DNA from: a virus
Virus record (IMG/VR): IMGVR_UViG_3300036760_000327
Location: 42,487 to 106,486 of that record
Direction: 5' to 3' (one strand)
DNA length: 64,000 nucleotides
Shown here: one piece after another, positions 56,418 through 64,000 of the stretch
Layout of the letters: each line of letters begins with the position of its first letter
How positions within the stretch are numbered: the first letter of the stretch is position 1
Notes under the pieces: model-generated
The model's database searches: none
What the model was told of the DNA's origin: nothing
The model's input: the letters and a program-made list of their open reading frames with translations, nothing else
Translations under genes and position numbers: made by a program

Positions 56418-56987
56418 TTAATTGATCTCCTTATCTTTATTTGTTTCCTGTATAACTTCTTCTTGCTCTAAGTACTTAATAGCATTTAATAAAATTAATT
56501 TATTGTCATAAAATAAACCAAGTGCACTATTACAGGTAGGACATAGCAAACCTCGAATTTTTCCTGTTATATGATTATGATCCACACCTAATTTTGTAAT
56601 TTTACCACAAATTGCACATTTTCCATTCTGCTTTTCTATTAATTTATTATATTCTATTAAAGTCAAATTATAATTATTTCACAATTTTCGTTGTTTATCG
56701 GCCTCTTTTCGTTTTCCGTTATATCGCTTTCGATCATATTCTCTTACATGCTCTCTGTTATTTTCAATCCATTTCTTTCTATATCCTTTGACTTTACCTG
56801 GATTTTCTTTACTCCATCGCCGACGATAAGCTTTATTGCGTTCATATAGTTGTGCTTTATGTTCCTGATAATATAAACTTTTATATTTCTTATTTTTATC
56901 ACTGCGTCTCAAACTTGATTTTTTATTACTAGCTAGTATTCGGTCTTTATTCTTCTGATAATATTCTTTGCTATACGCTACCATCAT
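56418..56987 (-). pseudogene. endonuclease VII-type HNH homing endonuclease interrupted by an in-frame TGA
   Basis: ORFs 56679-56987 and 56418-56666 are in frame: ...KQRKL*NNYNLTLIEY...QNGKCAICG...VDHNH..GKIRGLLCPTCN; TGA at 56679-56681. Confidence 0.7.
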
Positions 56988-57426
56988 TAACCTTCTCTTG
57001 TTCCGGTTCCGGTTCTTCCAGTTGTGCTCTTATCATATCCCGAATATCTTCCACGCTAGCACTACCAAATATCCCAATAGCTTTAAGCTCTACCTGTTCA
57101 GGCGGCTTGAGACCAGCACCCCAGAGAATCTCGCGGTTTGCTTCCAGCCGTACTTTCTCGCTTTCTGCATTATTGGCCAAATTAATAATATTGTCCAAAG
57201 CTTCGGGAGAAAGTAGTACAAATTGTGCTCTTATACCCTGTTGAATTTCTTCAATCAAAGATTTGATCTTCGGATCAGATAATTTATGATAAGCTGTTGA
57301 TTTTAAATACTTTACCTTTTTTGCATTATCCGGATAAGCCAATTTATAACTTTCTACAGCATCCTGAGTTTCAGCATAATATTTTGCAAAAGCTATTTGT
57401 TGAGCAGTAGGTTTTCCGTTTGACAT
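56971..57426 (-). CDS. terS: terminase small subunit
   Basis: N-terminal HTH 'TAQQIAFAKYY...AVESYKLAY' and 'EKVRLEANREIL'. Confidence 0.7.
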   Translation of the reverse strand: MSNGKPTAQQIAFAKYYAETQDAVESYKLAYPDNAKKVKYLKSTAYHKLSDPKIKSLIEEIQQGIRAQFVLLSPEALDNIINLANNAESEKVRLEANREILWGAGLKPPEQVELKAIGIFGSASVEDIRDMIRAQLEEPEPEQEKVNDGSV

Positions 57427-57522
57427 ATTATAACACTCTCTTAAATAAATTTAGATGTTTTTCTCCATACAAATATGTTATCCCCTAAAGCCATAAATTA
57501 TCCTGCCAAATTAGCCATTGCC

Positions 57523-59082
57523 TTAATTCACACTTCTTGAAACTTCATACCAGTTCCCATCCGCCTTTTGAATTAAAGTAAGCGTATCTGTGGCTTTCAT
57601 CACAAAATTGGCACTTCCATTAAGAAAAATATTTGTTCCATCTGTGATGGTGATGGCATGTTCGGAAATAATGGTGATAATTTTTCCAACAGTACCTTCG
57701 GTAAAGTTAGTAATTGTTGTTGTTCCACCAGTTAACCATTTTTCTGATCTTAAAACTGATGGAGTTGCACTATTGACAAGAGTAGCAATGGTAAGGGGAA
57801 GGGGTGTGCCACTTTCAGTATCGCCATGAAAAAGGTTATATTGTGGTCTTTCAATTCGAGTATTTGAAGAATATCTATTGCCAATCGAAACTAAATTGGT
57901 GATATAATCGGCATTTAAAATAACTGGATCACCAGCCCTCGAAGCCGTAAGGGTATTAGAAATAAGAATTAAAGAACCGATTCCAGCAGTAGCTGCATTA
58001 TTAATAATTTCTCCACGGGCGGATAAAATATCACAATTTTCAATTCGTAAAAGGGAAACTCCAGCATTTCCGACATCTCCCACCAATCTAATTAATTCTA
58101 ATCCATCATTTGTTCCACCCGTAAGCCCCCAATCTGCAAAATGGAGATTCCGCAAAGCTACAATTCCAGTTCTGCCTATTAAAACAGGGATTGAAGTGGT
58201 CGTTATTGTACCGTTAAAAAGAGAGTTTTCTATCGTTATATTTGTAGATATCGTACTATTATCACATCCTCCAATATAAACTTGATATCCTCCATTTTTC
58301 GGATTCTCCCAGGAACAAGTATCAAAATGAATGTTATTTACCATTGCATTTAAGACAGAATAGAATCCATATTTAACATCATAAAAATTGCAGTTTCTAA
58401 AATCAGCTTTTACGATTCCTCCATCAGCTCCTTTACTATCATCTAATACTTGAAATGCCTTGTCAGAAATTGTTAAAAAGGTACATTCATCGAAAATGAT
58501 ATTTGTGAGCATTTTGGTGTCTGGAAGAGAAAAGGCAATGTCGGTATTGTAAAAAGTCAATCGTTTAAATGTGATATTTAGGCAATCGTGACCAAAAGTA
58601 AACAAGGTTACTCCTGTTCCACCGGAGATCAAACTGGAGCCAAGATTTCTTGTATCATTCATTCCCTCGATGATCAGATCGGTAGTGGATGCTGGAATAG
58701 TTAAACCGGTGACTTTATAATTCCCGTTTGGTATAAGGATAGTTTTATTAGACCCAATGATAGCCTGAATCGCTGCCGTATCATCTGTTACTCCATCACC
58801 TTTAGCACCATAGGCACGGACATCTACCCAAGGAGACTTAGTAATAATATCAACTATTGGTCCAGCCGATGTTCCCAGTGTTTTATTAGTAATAACCTGA
58901 CTATCCGTAGTTCCTACTACTAATCCTGTTATTCCGTGAATTCCTGTTGACGCCGAACGATGGTTATATCCAGATAATAGCTCTGTACCAGCGGATGCTA
59001 ATCCAGTATCAAAATTAGTAAATTCTGTTAATCCGGTAGCTCCCAATGATGGTCGGTATAAAAAATTTGTCCAAGAACTCAT
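57523..59082 (-). CDS. tailspike with pectate-lyase-like beta-helix
   Basis: 'WVDVRAYGAKGDGVTDDTAAIQA...IPNGNY' followed by beta-helix repeats. Confidence 0.85.
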   Translation of the reverse strand: MSSWTNFLYRPSLGATGLTEFTNFDTGLASAGTELLSGYNHRSASTGIHGITGLVVGTTDSQVITNKTLGTSAGPIVDIITKSPWVDVRAYGAKGDGVTDDTAAIQAIIGSNKTILIPNGNYKVTGLTIPASTTDLIIEGMNDTRNLGSSLISGGTGVTLFTFGHDCLNITFKRLTFYNTDIAFSLPDTKMLTNIIFDECTFLTISDKAFQVLDDSKGADGGIVKADFRNCNFYDVKYGFYSVLNAMVNNIHFDTCSWENPKNGGYQVYIGGCDNSTISTNITIENSLFNGTITTTSIPVLIGRTGIVALRNLHFADWGLTGGTNDGLELIRLVGDVGNAGVSLLRIENCDILSARGEIINNAATAGIGSLILISNTLTASRAGDPVILNADYITNLVSIGNRYSSNTRIERPQYNLFHGDTESGTPLPLTIATLVNSATPSVLRSEKWLTGGTTTITNFTEGTVGKIITIISEHAITITDGTNIFLNGSANFVMKATDTLTLIQKADGNWYEVSRSVN

Positions 59083-59249
59083 TATGTTTTACTCCACAAA
59101 GGAATATTTTTATCTATATTTTCCCAACCACCCAATGTACCTACAAAAAACGGGGATGTAAACCATTTAGTAATAAAATAATCATAGTATACATTTCCAT
59201 ATATCAAAGACCAATATAGATTATTTTTATCTATTTTAATCCAGTTCAT
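59082..59249 (-). CDS. 55-aa aromatic-rich small protein (not in ORF track)
   Basis: MNWIKIDKNNLYW...WSKT*; ATGA and TAATG overlaps with both neighbours. Confidence 0.5.
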   Translation of the reverse strand: MNWIKIDKNNLYWSLIYGNVYYDYFITKWFTSPFFVGTLGGWENIDKNIPLWSKT

Positions 59250-59518
59250 AAAAAATTACTCAATTTATCTTTAGGGTTAATTTCTGATTTCTCTACTTTT
59301 TTAGAAGGCGCAAATTTAAGCAAGGACGTTATAGTTCCTGGAATAGGTAATTTAAATTCTTCTTGCTTCCTCACGGGAACTCGAGCACCAGGATCTCTGT
59401 ACTCATCCTTTAAAGTATTAGGATCAATTTTAAATCGAGTGATTTTAGAATAAGATTTTTTGATATGAATCTTATTGCTTTTATTACTCTTTTCCGCTTT
59501 TATGGTGAATCTCCCCAA
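59246..59518 (-). CDS. small basic protein
   Basis: Lys-rich ORF. Confidence 0.4.
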   Translation of the reverse strand: MGRFTIKAEKSNKSNKIHIKKSYSKITRFKIDPNTLKDEYRDPGARVPVRKQEEFKLPIPGTITSLLKFAPSKKVEKSEINPKDKLSNFL

Positions 59519-59650
59519 TAAAATAAAAAAATGCTATAATTATTCCTTAATTCTGAATAAATAAATTTTGGCTGTCTTGAGAAATTTAATTTGGTGAGAT
59601 TTCTTGATATACAGCTTGACAGAAAATCTTAAATCTTGTGGTTGTTACTT

Positions 59651-59833
59651 TTATAAAAGTTCGTCAATTTTAGCTTTTAACTCAGCTAATTTATCTTTAC
59701 CTATCGCTGAAAGCTCGTCTCGTTTTGCTTTCAATATATCATCAATATTAAAATATTTTGGATTATTTCTCATCACAAAAAACATTACTACTGCTCCGAT
59801 AATTAATCCAGCAATACCAGTAATGACTGCCAT
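59651..59833 (-). CDS. small protein with N-terminal TM helix
   Basis: RBS AAGGAGG; hydrophobic N-terminus. Confidence 0.6.
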   Translation of the reverse strand: MAVITGIAGLIIGAVVMFFVMRNNPKYFNIDDILKAKRDELSAIGKDKLAELKAKIDELL

Positions 59834-59845
59834 TTTATCCTCCTT

Positions 59846-60016
59846 CTATATCTTTATCTTTATTTTAGGAAATATTGATTTGAATTTTCGTTGCACAGGC
59901 GGCTTCAATGCAATTGAAAGTTTCTCAGCCTTTGGTTCCTTTAGCGGCATCTTTGGCAATTTTATCTTTACCTCTTGAAGCCAAGAAATATCTTTATTTT
60001 TATCTTTAAAAGCCAT
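59846..60016 (-). CDS. 56-aa Lys/Pro-rich protein (not in ORF track)
   Basis: MAFKDKNKDISW...IKIKI*; TAATG coupling to the upstream ORF. Confidence 0.5.
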   Translation of the reverse strand: MAFKDKNKDISWLQEVKIKLPKMPLKEPKAEKLSIALKPPVQRKFKSIFPKIKIKI

Positions 60017-60228
60017 TATTTTTTCCTCTTTTTATATCCGGCTTCCGCAGCGTTCCAATATGCTTCTCCAGCAACTTTTTTTGCCCTTGCTTTACTTAAT
60101 CCACCAGCCTCTGCTTTCTGCATAATATCTTCAAATGTAGATGGCTTCATAATAACCCCTGGTTTTTGCCGGCTCCGCCAGGCCAACATATCCTTACCTT
60201 GCCTAGGTTTCGGTTTTCCTCGTGCCAT
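60016..60228 (-). CDS. small basic protein
   Basis: RBS AGGAG; Lys/Arg-rich. Confidence 0.6.
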   Translation of the reverse strand: MARGKPKPRQGKDMLAWRSRQKPGVIMKPSTFEDIMQKAEAGGLSKARAKKVAGEAYWNAAEAGYKKRKK

Positions 60229-60244
60229 TTTATCCTCCTAAATT

Positions 60245-60433
60245 TTAAATCCTGGGATTTACTACTTTGCTTTTTCTTTTTGCTTGAACAAATTTTATTT
60301 TTATTCCATTATTTCGTCCCTGATACTTAGTGCTATCGCTTCCCGCAATATCGGGTCGCATCAGTATCGTTTTTGTGTTCTCGGGTCCAGACGTGCTTAA
60401 ACCGCTAAACCCCCTACCATGTATATGTGCCAT
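60245..60433 (-). CDS. small basic protein
   Basis: Abuts the protease stop codon; basic C-terminus. Confidence 0.5.
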   Translation of the reverse strand: MAHIHGRGFSGLSTSGPENTKTILMRPDIAGSDSTKYQGRNNGIKIKFVQAKRKSKVVNPRI

Positions 60434-60434
60434 A

Positions 60435-61310
60435 TCAATCAGTATCCAGCCAGCGTTTTATTTCATCTATTCGAGTGAAATAATAATGTACTTCCTTGTC
60501 TTTCAAAAAAATAGCCCTTGCAATACCAACAATCACTGGTGTACCATTCTGATAAACAAACACTGGCGATCCAGAATCTCCAGGAATTAATGGTACATCA
60601 ATAGTAACATCGTACACATTAAACCAGGGCAAGACTTGCGGCATTGAACATGTAGCATAAATGTTTTCTATCTTTCCAGATCTAAGTTCATATAACCATG
60701 TTTTTTGCCCTTCTTCATCTCTTTGAGACACGAGTACAGAAACTGCATCACCTATTTTTAAAACCAAATTTGGATCAGATGTACTAAAGGTATAACTAGT
60801 ATTATATTCTAGTGCAGCCAATCTTTTGGACGGAGCATTTAGTTCCAATATGGCCATATCGTTAGCCAGATCAGTCCATACTATTTCAGCCGTAAGATAA
60901 GGAGAATAAGTATCACCAATAAATATTATTCTTTGTATAATTTTAAATGATCTTGTAATAAAATAAGAAGCAGGATTTTCGGATGGTACAGAAACTGTAG
61001 CGGGTTCTATAACATGAGCAGCCGTTATAATATATAATTTACCCTTTTGGCTTTTTACCACAAATCCAGTACCTTGCATATCGAATATACCTTGTTGCCA
61101 AATTAAATCAATTTTATTCGTTTTTGAATTGTAAACTGGAACTGATCCCATGGCAGAACCGAATGTATAAATATTTACCACGGATCGAGATAAATAATAT
61201 GATCTGTCTTCTTCAAATTCTTTAAATTTACCATGTGTAGAATCAAAAGCAACAACAGTTGCTGTCAATAAAAACAAGGCAACAACGACAGCAAAAATTT
61301 TTTTAAACAT
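60435..61310 (-). CDS. trypsin-like serine protease with signal peptide
   Basis: Triad motifs 'TAAHV', 'DMAIL', 'GDSGSP'; N-terminal 'MFKKIFAVVVALFLLTATVVA'. Confidence 0.85.
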   Translation of the reverse strand: MFKKIFAVVVALFLLTATVVAFDSTHGKFKEFEEDRSYYLSRSVVNIYTFGSAMGSVPVYNSKTNKIDLIWQQGIFDMQGTGFVVKSQKGKLYIITAAHVIEPATVSVPSENPASYFITRSFKIIQRIIFIGDTYSPYLTAEIVWTDLANDMAILELNAPSKRLAALEYNTSYTFSTSDPNLVLKIGDAVSVLVSQRDEEGQKTWLYELRSGKIENIYATCSMPQVLPWFNVYDVTIDVPLIPGDSGSPVFVYQNGTPVIVGIARAIFLKDKEVHYYFTRIDEIKRWLDTD

Positions 61311-61437
61311 TTTTCTTATTGGTCCTCTTGGATTTTTTCTTTCGCTTTTTGCTAACAATTTTCCATGCCATATCTGAAATTTTTAAATTTGGTAAAATAT
61401 TTTGAGTTCCGGTTGCTCCGGTTACCATATTGGCCAT
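61303..61437 (-). CDS. 44-aa capsid N-arm paralog with basic tail (not in ORF track)
   Basis: MANMVTGATGTQNILPNLKISDMAWKIVSKKRKKKSKRTNKKNV; RBS AGGAG; aligns to the capsid N-terminus. Confidence 0.7.
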   Translation of the reverse strand: MANMVTGATGTQNILPNLKISDMAWKIVSKKRKKKSKRTNKKNV

Positions 61438-61502
61438 ATTAACTCCTAATTTGCCCCTTGCCCACCCTCGCCCTTTATTTATCTAATTTATGGGCTACAC
61501 TC

Positions 61503-61976
61503 TTATTTATGTTTTTTATTTTTAATACTCTTGAACATTTTTAACTGGCCTATTCTTTTATCCGCAGCAGCCGCAGAAGGATATACTTTTGGGAGTAATT
61601 TTCCCGACTCTAAGCGAATTTTATAACCGTCTTTAACCTTTACTTTCATAATATGCTCCTTCTTTATCTTTAGTTGATTTCGTCTGTCTTCATAAATAAC
61701 ATTTCTAAGGGTTTTCTTAGTAATTCCAAGTAGTTGTGATATTTCTTCTCTAGTAAGTCCTTTCGCAATTAGCGTCCCTATCTGTTCTTTTCTAGGCAAT
61801 TTATATAATTTATATAAATATCTACGTATCAATTTATCATCTAAATCAACATTACCAAAAGTAGGTGTTCCTATTGCAATTTCTTTAAGACCAACCCAAT
61901 CTTGATCAGCAAATACTTCGGCCTCAGGACATAATGAAGTACAAAGATTTCGTTTACTGCATTCTTGACAAAGCAA
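61503..61976 (-). CDS. HTH (sigma region 4-like) protein with N-terminal Cys motif; possible internal start at 61649
   Basis: 'CQECSKRNLCTSLC' and 'GLTREEISQLLGITKKTLRN'; RBS AAGGAG before internal MKVKVK. Confidence 0.55.
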   Translation of the reverse strand: MLCQECSKRNLCTSLCPEAEVFADQDWVGLKEIAIGTPTFGNVDLDDKLIRRYLYKLYKLPRKEQIGTLIAKGLTREEISQLLGITKKTLRNVIYEDRRNQLKIKKEHIMKVKVKDGYKIRLESGKLLPKVYPSAAAADKRIGQLKMFKSIKNKKHK

Positions 61977-62000
61977 CTTTAATATTCCTCTTATATAAAC

Positions 62001-62212
62001 TGTGCTATGGAAGGATTGCCACGTTTTTCAACGTTAGGACCGTCGTCCCACCTTCAATTCCCCTTTCGTCTCGGCTGTAATAATCGAAATAGTTTGCTGA
62101 AGAAAGGGGAAAACCAGAACCTTCGTTTCCCAGGCCAAACTCGGATGTCTCCCCTAAATGCCTGGGCTGTGCGTTATCCGCCGACAAGCAGATTCTTCCG
62201 CCACATAGCACA
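62001..62212 (-). ncRNA. candidate structured non-coding RNA
   Basis: GC-rich island closed by TGTGCTATG/CATAGCACA with several internal stems; strand assumed from the flanking genes. Confidence 0.5.
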
Positions 62213-62398
62213 TTACTCCTCAATGATTATTGCACTCACTGGACATAATTCATAATATTCACAATCATCTATTTTAATCTTTAAATATTTACACCATCCA
62301 AGAACATCATCAAATAATATACAATTTAAACAATGCTTGTCCGGTTTAATAGTGGTTCTATTTACAAATTTATAAGTACCCAAAGAATTAATTTTCAT
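62213..62398 (-). CDS. small Cys-rich protein
   Basis: 'CLNC...WC...C...LC'; TAATG coupling. Confidence 0.45.
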   Translation of the reverse strand: MKINSLGTYKFVNRTTIKPDKHCLNCILFDDVLGWCKYLKIKIDDCEYYELCPVSAIIIEE

Positions 62399-63192
62399 TA
62401 TACACTTCTTTTTATTAAATCTAAAAATTTATTTATTATGGCCACATTACAATCAATACGTTTCTCTAACTTAGCCTTCCCTGGGGTTTCAGTAACAGCC
62501 ACACGATTTACTCCTTTATGAAAGAGATAATCCTCAAAACTTCCGTCACAATATTTATATACAAGTCCATTTACAGCAAAAGGAGGAGTCTTTAAACCAG
62601 AATCTGCTGCTGATGCGCCATTTAACGGTTTTTCCCACCACAGAGCTAGTTCTTCCAAAAGTCCACAGGTAAATTGACCTGGATCAGAGGTAGGTTCAAA
62701 TATATAAAGATAGTATTCTTTACGCAGTTCTATGTCCTCATGTAAGGATAAAAAACCATCCATGGATAATGAGTGCAATCTATTAATATGTTTAAGTAAA
62801 ATCTTTCCTTCTTCTGATGGTTCTTCCTGATCATGACAAAATCCACAATTAGATTTTTGATTCCATGTGTTATATCGCACATACTTATTAAAAGCGGTAG
62901 GATTAACCACAGGTATAATTGAAATATCCATACCAGGATAACCTGTAAATGATTCTAACCATTTTAAAATTGCCCAGGGACCGGCTTTCTCTTCTCCATG
63001 AAAACCAGCAACCACCAGAACTCTTTTCTTTTTAGAGGTTTCTTTTATCTGGGTTCTAATCAGCCATATTGGCCATGGACCAACTTCCCCTAAGGGGAGC
63101 ATAGAAAAGCTTTTTTCAGCGCATATACTAATCAATTTTTTAGTGTACTTGGGTAATATAGTCATTTTAATTTCTTTATCTTCTGGATACAA
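62398..63192 (-). CDS. M14-family Zn carboxypeptidase/deacylase (AstE/AspA-like)
   Basis: 'AGFHGEE', 'PVVNP', 'LSLHED', 'TETP'. Confidence 0.8.
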   Translation of the reverse strand: MYPEDKEIKMTILPKYTKKLISICAEKSFSMLPLGEVGPWPIWLIRTQIKETSKKKRVLVVAGFHGEEKAGPWAILKWLESFTGYPGMDISIIPVVNPTAFNKYVRYNTWNQKSNCGFCHDQEEPSEEGKILLKHINRLHSLSMDGFLSLHEDIELRKEYYLYIFEPTSDPGQFTCGLLEELALWWEKPLNGASAADSGLKTPPFAVNGLVYKYCDGSFEDYLFHKGVNRVAVTETPGKAKLEKRIDCNVAIINKFLDLIKRSV

Positions 63193-63425
63193 CCTCGAGG
63201 CACTGTAAAAGCCTCGGTAAACATACCTCCATTATCCACAGCATAACTCTGACAAATGGTTATTCCATCTTTACATTCATTTACATAATATCCGATTGCT
63301 TTATGATAAAGCGCGTTATAATGATTTTTCCAATTAAATTCTTCAGGTGTTTTCCAACCACTTGTATTGCTTACACTATCCATCCAGTCAATTTCTAGTT
63401 TGTCCCACAGTTTAAATTTTCTCAT
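63162..63425 (-). CDS. hypothetical phage protein
   Basis: 'EIDWMDS...GW' and 'VPRGCI' conserved-looking motifs. Confidence 0.55.
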   Translation of the reverse strand: MRKFKLWDKLEIDWMDSVSNTSGWKTPEEFNWKNHYNALYHKAIGYYVNECKDGITICQSYAVDNGGMFTEAFTVPRGCIQKIKKLK

Positions 63426-63573
63426 TATATAACCTCTTGGTTTTCTGGTAAATAGACCTTAAGGATGTTTCTACATTAATTATTTGACCATTTTTTAATG
63501 TTTCGTAATCTCGTATAGGATAAGTATTACCATACACCGTTTTTCTTAATAATTTAGCTTTTTTATCATTCAT
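63412..63573 (-). CDS. 53-aa first ORF of the late operon (not in ORF track)
   Basis: MNDKKAKLLRK...NEKI*, just downstream of the promoter-like element. Confidence 0.45.
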   Translation of the reverse strand: MNDKKAKLLRKTVYGNTYPIRDYETLKNGQIINVETSLRSIYQKTKRLYNEKI

Positions 63574-63583
63574 AATATACCCT

Positions 63584-63631
63584 TCTATATATATTAATAG
63601 TAAAATTTCAATATTTGTGACAAAATATTTT
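63584..63631 (-). promoter_or_regulatory. putative late promoter, copy 1
   Basis: 43/48 nt identical to 13266-13313; minus strand AAAATATTTTGTCACAAATA-N5-ATTTTACTATTAATATATATAGA. Confidence 0.65.
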
Positions 63632-63637
63632 TAATTA

Positions 63638-63724
63638 TGACACATGTCACCCTTTTTATAAAATATGACATGCATCCCCTACCATTAATAATAAGTAATT
63701 AAATAAAAATCATGACAAATGTCA
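63638..63724. promoter_or_regulatory. two TGACA-N2-TGTCA palindromes (putative operators)
   Basis: TGACACATGTCA at 63638-63649 and TGACAAATGTCA at 63713-63724; half-sites at ~63618 and ~63666. Confidence 0.55.
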
Positions 63725-64000
63725 CCTTTTCCATGAAAACTATATAAATATACAATATAAAGGGGGTTTGAAAGATATTTTTATACATATCGGCAGTAAC
63801 ATCTTTTCGTGGGTTGGCAGGGTGGCTATTTGGTGGTATAGTCGTCTCATTCCCCTCTTCTTTTTAGATAGTTTTCACTTTCACAATGTCGATTAACCTA
63901 TCGAAATCATTCATGATTTTTCTATTTGACTTTTCGTTTGTGAAAAGTTAGAATTGTCTCAAATTTGGAAGAAAAGTTTGAGAATTTGAGAAGAAAGAAG

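Noticed and set aside
62005-62255. ORFs 62005-62223 (minus) and 62007-62255 (plus), or a tRNA, in the GC-rich island
   Set aside because: Composition is unlike neighbouring genes and better explained by RNA pairing; no cloverleaf or T-loop consensus found
1162-62521. Numerous plus-strand ORFs of 60-190 aa
   Set aside because: Nearly all lie antisense to well-supported minus-strand genes or introns and show no recognisable motifs
1-64000. Genome-wide stop-codon reassignment (TAG or TGA), suggested by the in-frame stops at 13109 and 56679
   Set aside because: TAG and TGA both end many genes cleanly just before the next start (TAG at 15584, 32654, 44886, 45929; ATGA overlaps), and long genes are intact under code 11

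Overview
This AT-rich 64-kb window is the late region of a tailed dsDNA bacteriophage with podovirus-type gene content. Almost all genes are on the minus strand, and they converge near position 490 with the end of a plus-strand SbcC/gp46-like gene. Read in transcription order from about 63.6 kb down to 0.5 kb, it holds: a control region; an M14 peptidase; a structured RNA; small basic proteins; a trypsin-like protease; a tailspike; TerS; fibre genes; AdoMetDC-like and ATP-grasp genes; TerL; a transglycosylase; portal; scaffold; major capsid protein; adaptor; a radical-SAM module; three C1q-like proteins; nozzle; fibre; ejection proteins; a sugar-modification cluster; and lysis genes. Five features stand out. 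(1) Two radical SAM/SPASM enzymes and three accessory genes sit directly before a C1q-like virion protein carrying 8 tandem CxCxxxCY repeats, suggesting RiPP-like modification of a virion protein. (2) The major capsid gene is split by five group I introns, three with LAGLIDADG ORFs and one only 171 nt long, and can be spliced by hand to a 395-aa protein. (3) An uncalled 44-aa ORF copies the capsid N-terminal arm and adds a basic tail. (4) A 48-bp promoter-like element is duplicated at the head of the late operon and of the glycosylation cluster. (5) A ~210-nt structured ncRNA candidate lies upstream of an HTH gene. All functional calls come from motif recognition by eye; no database searches were run.
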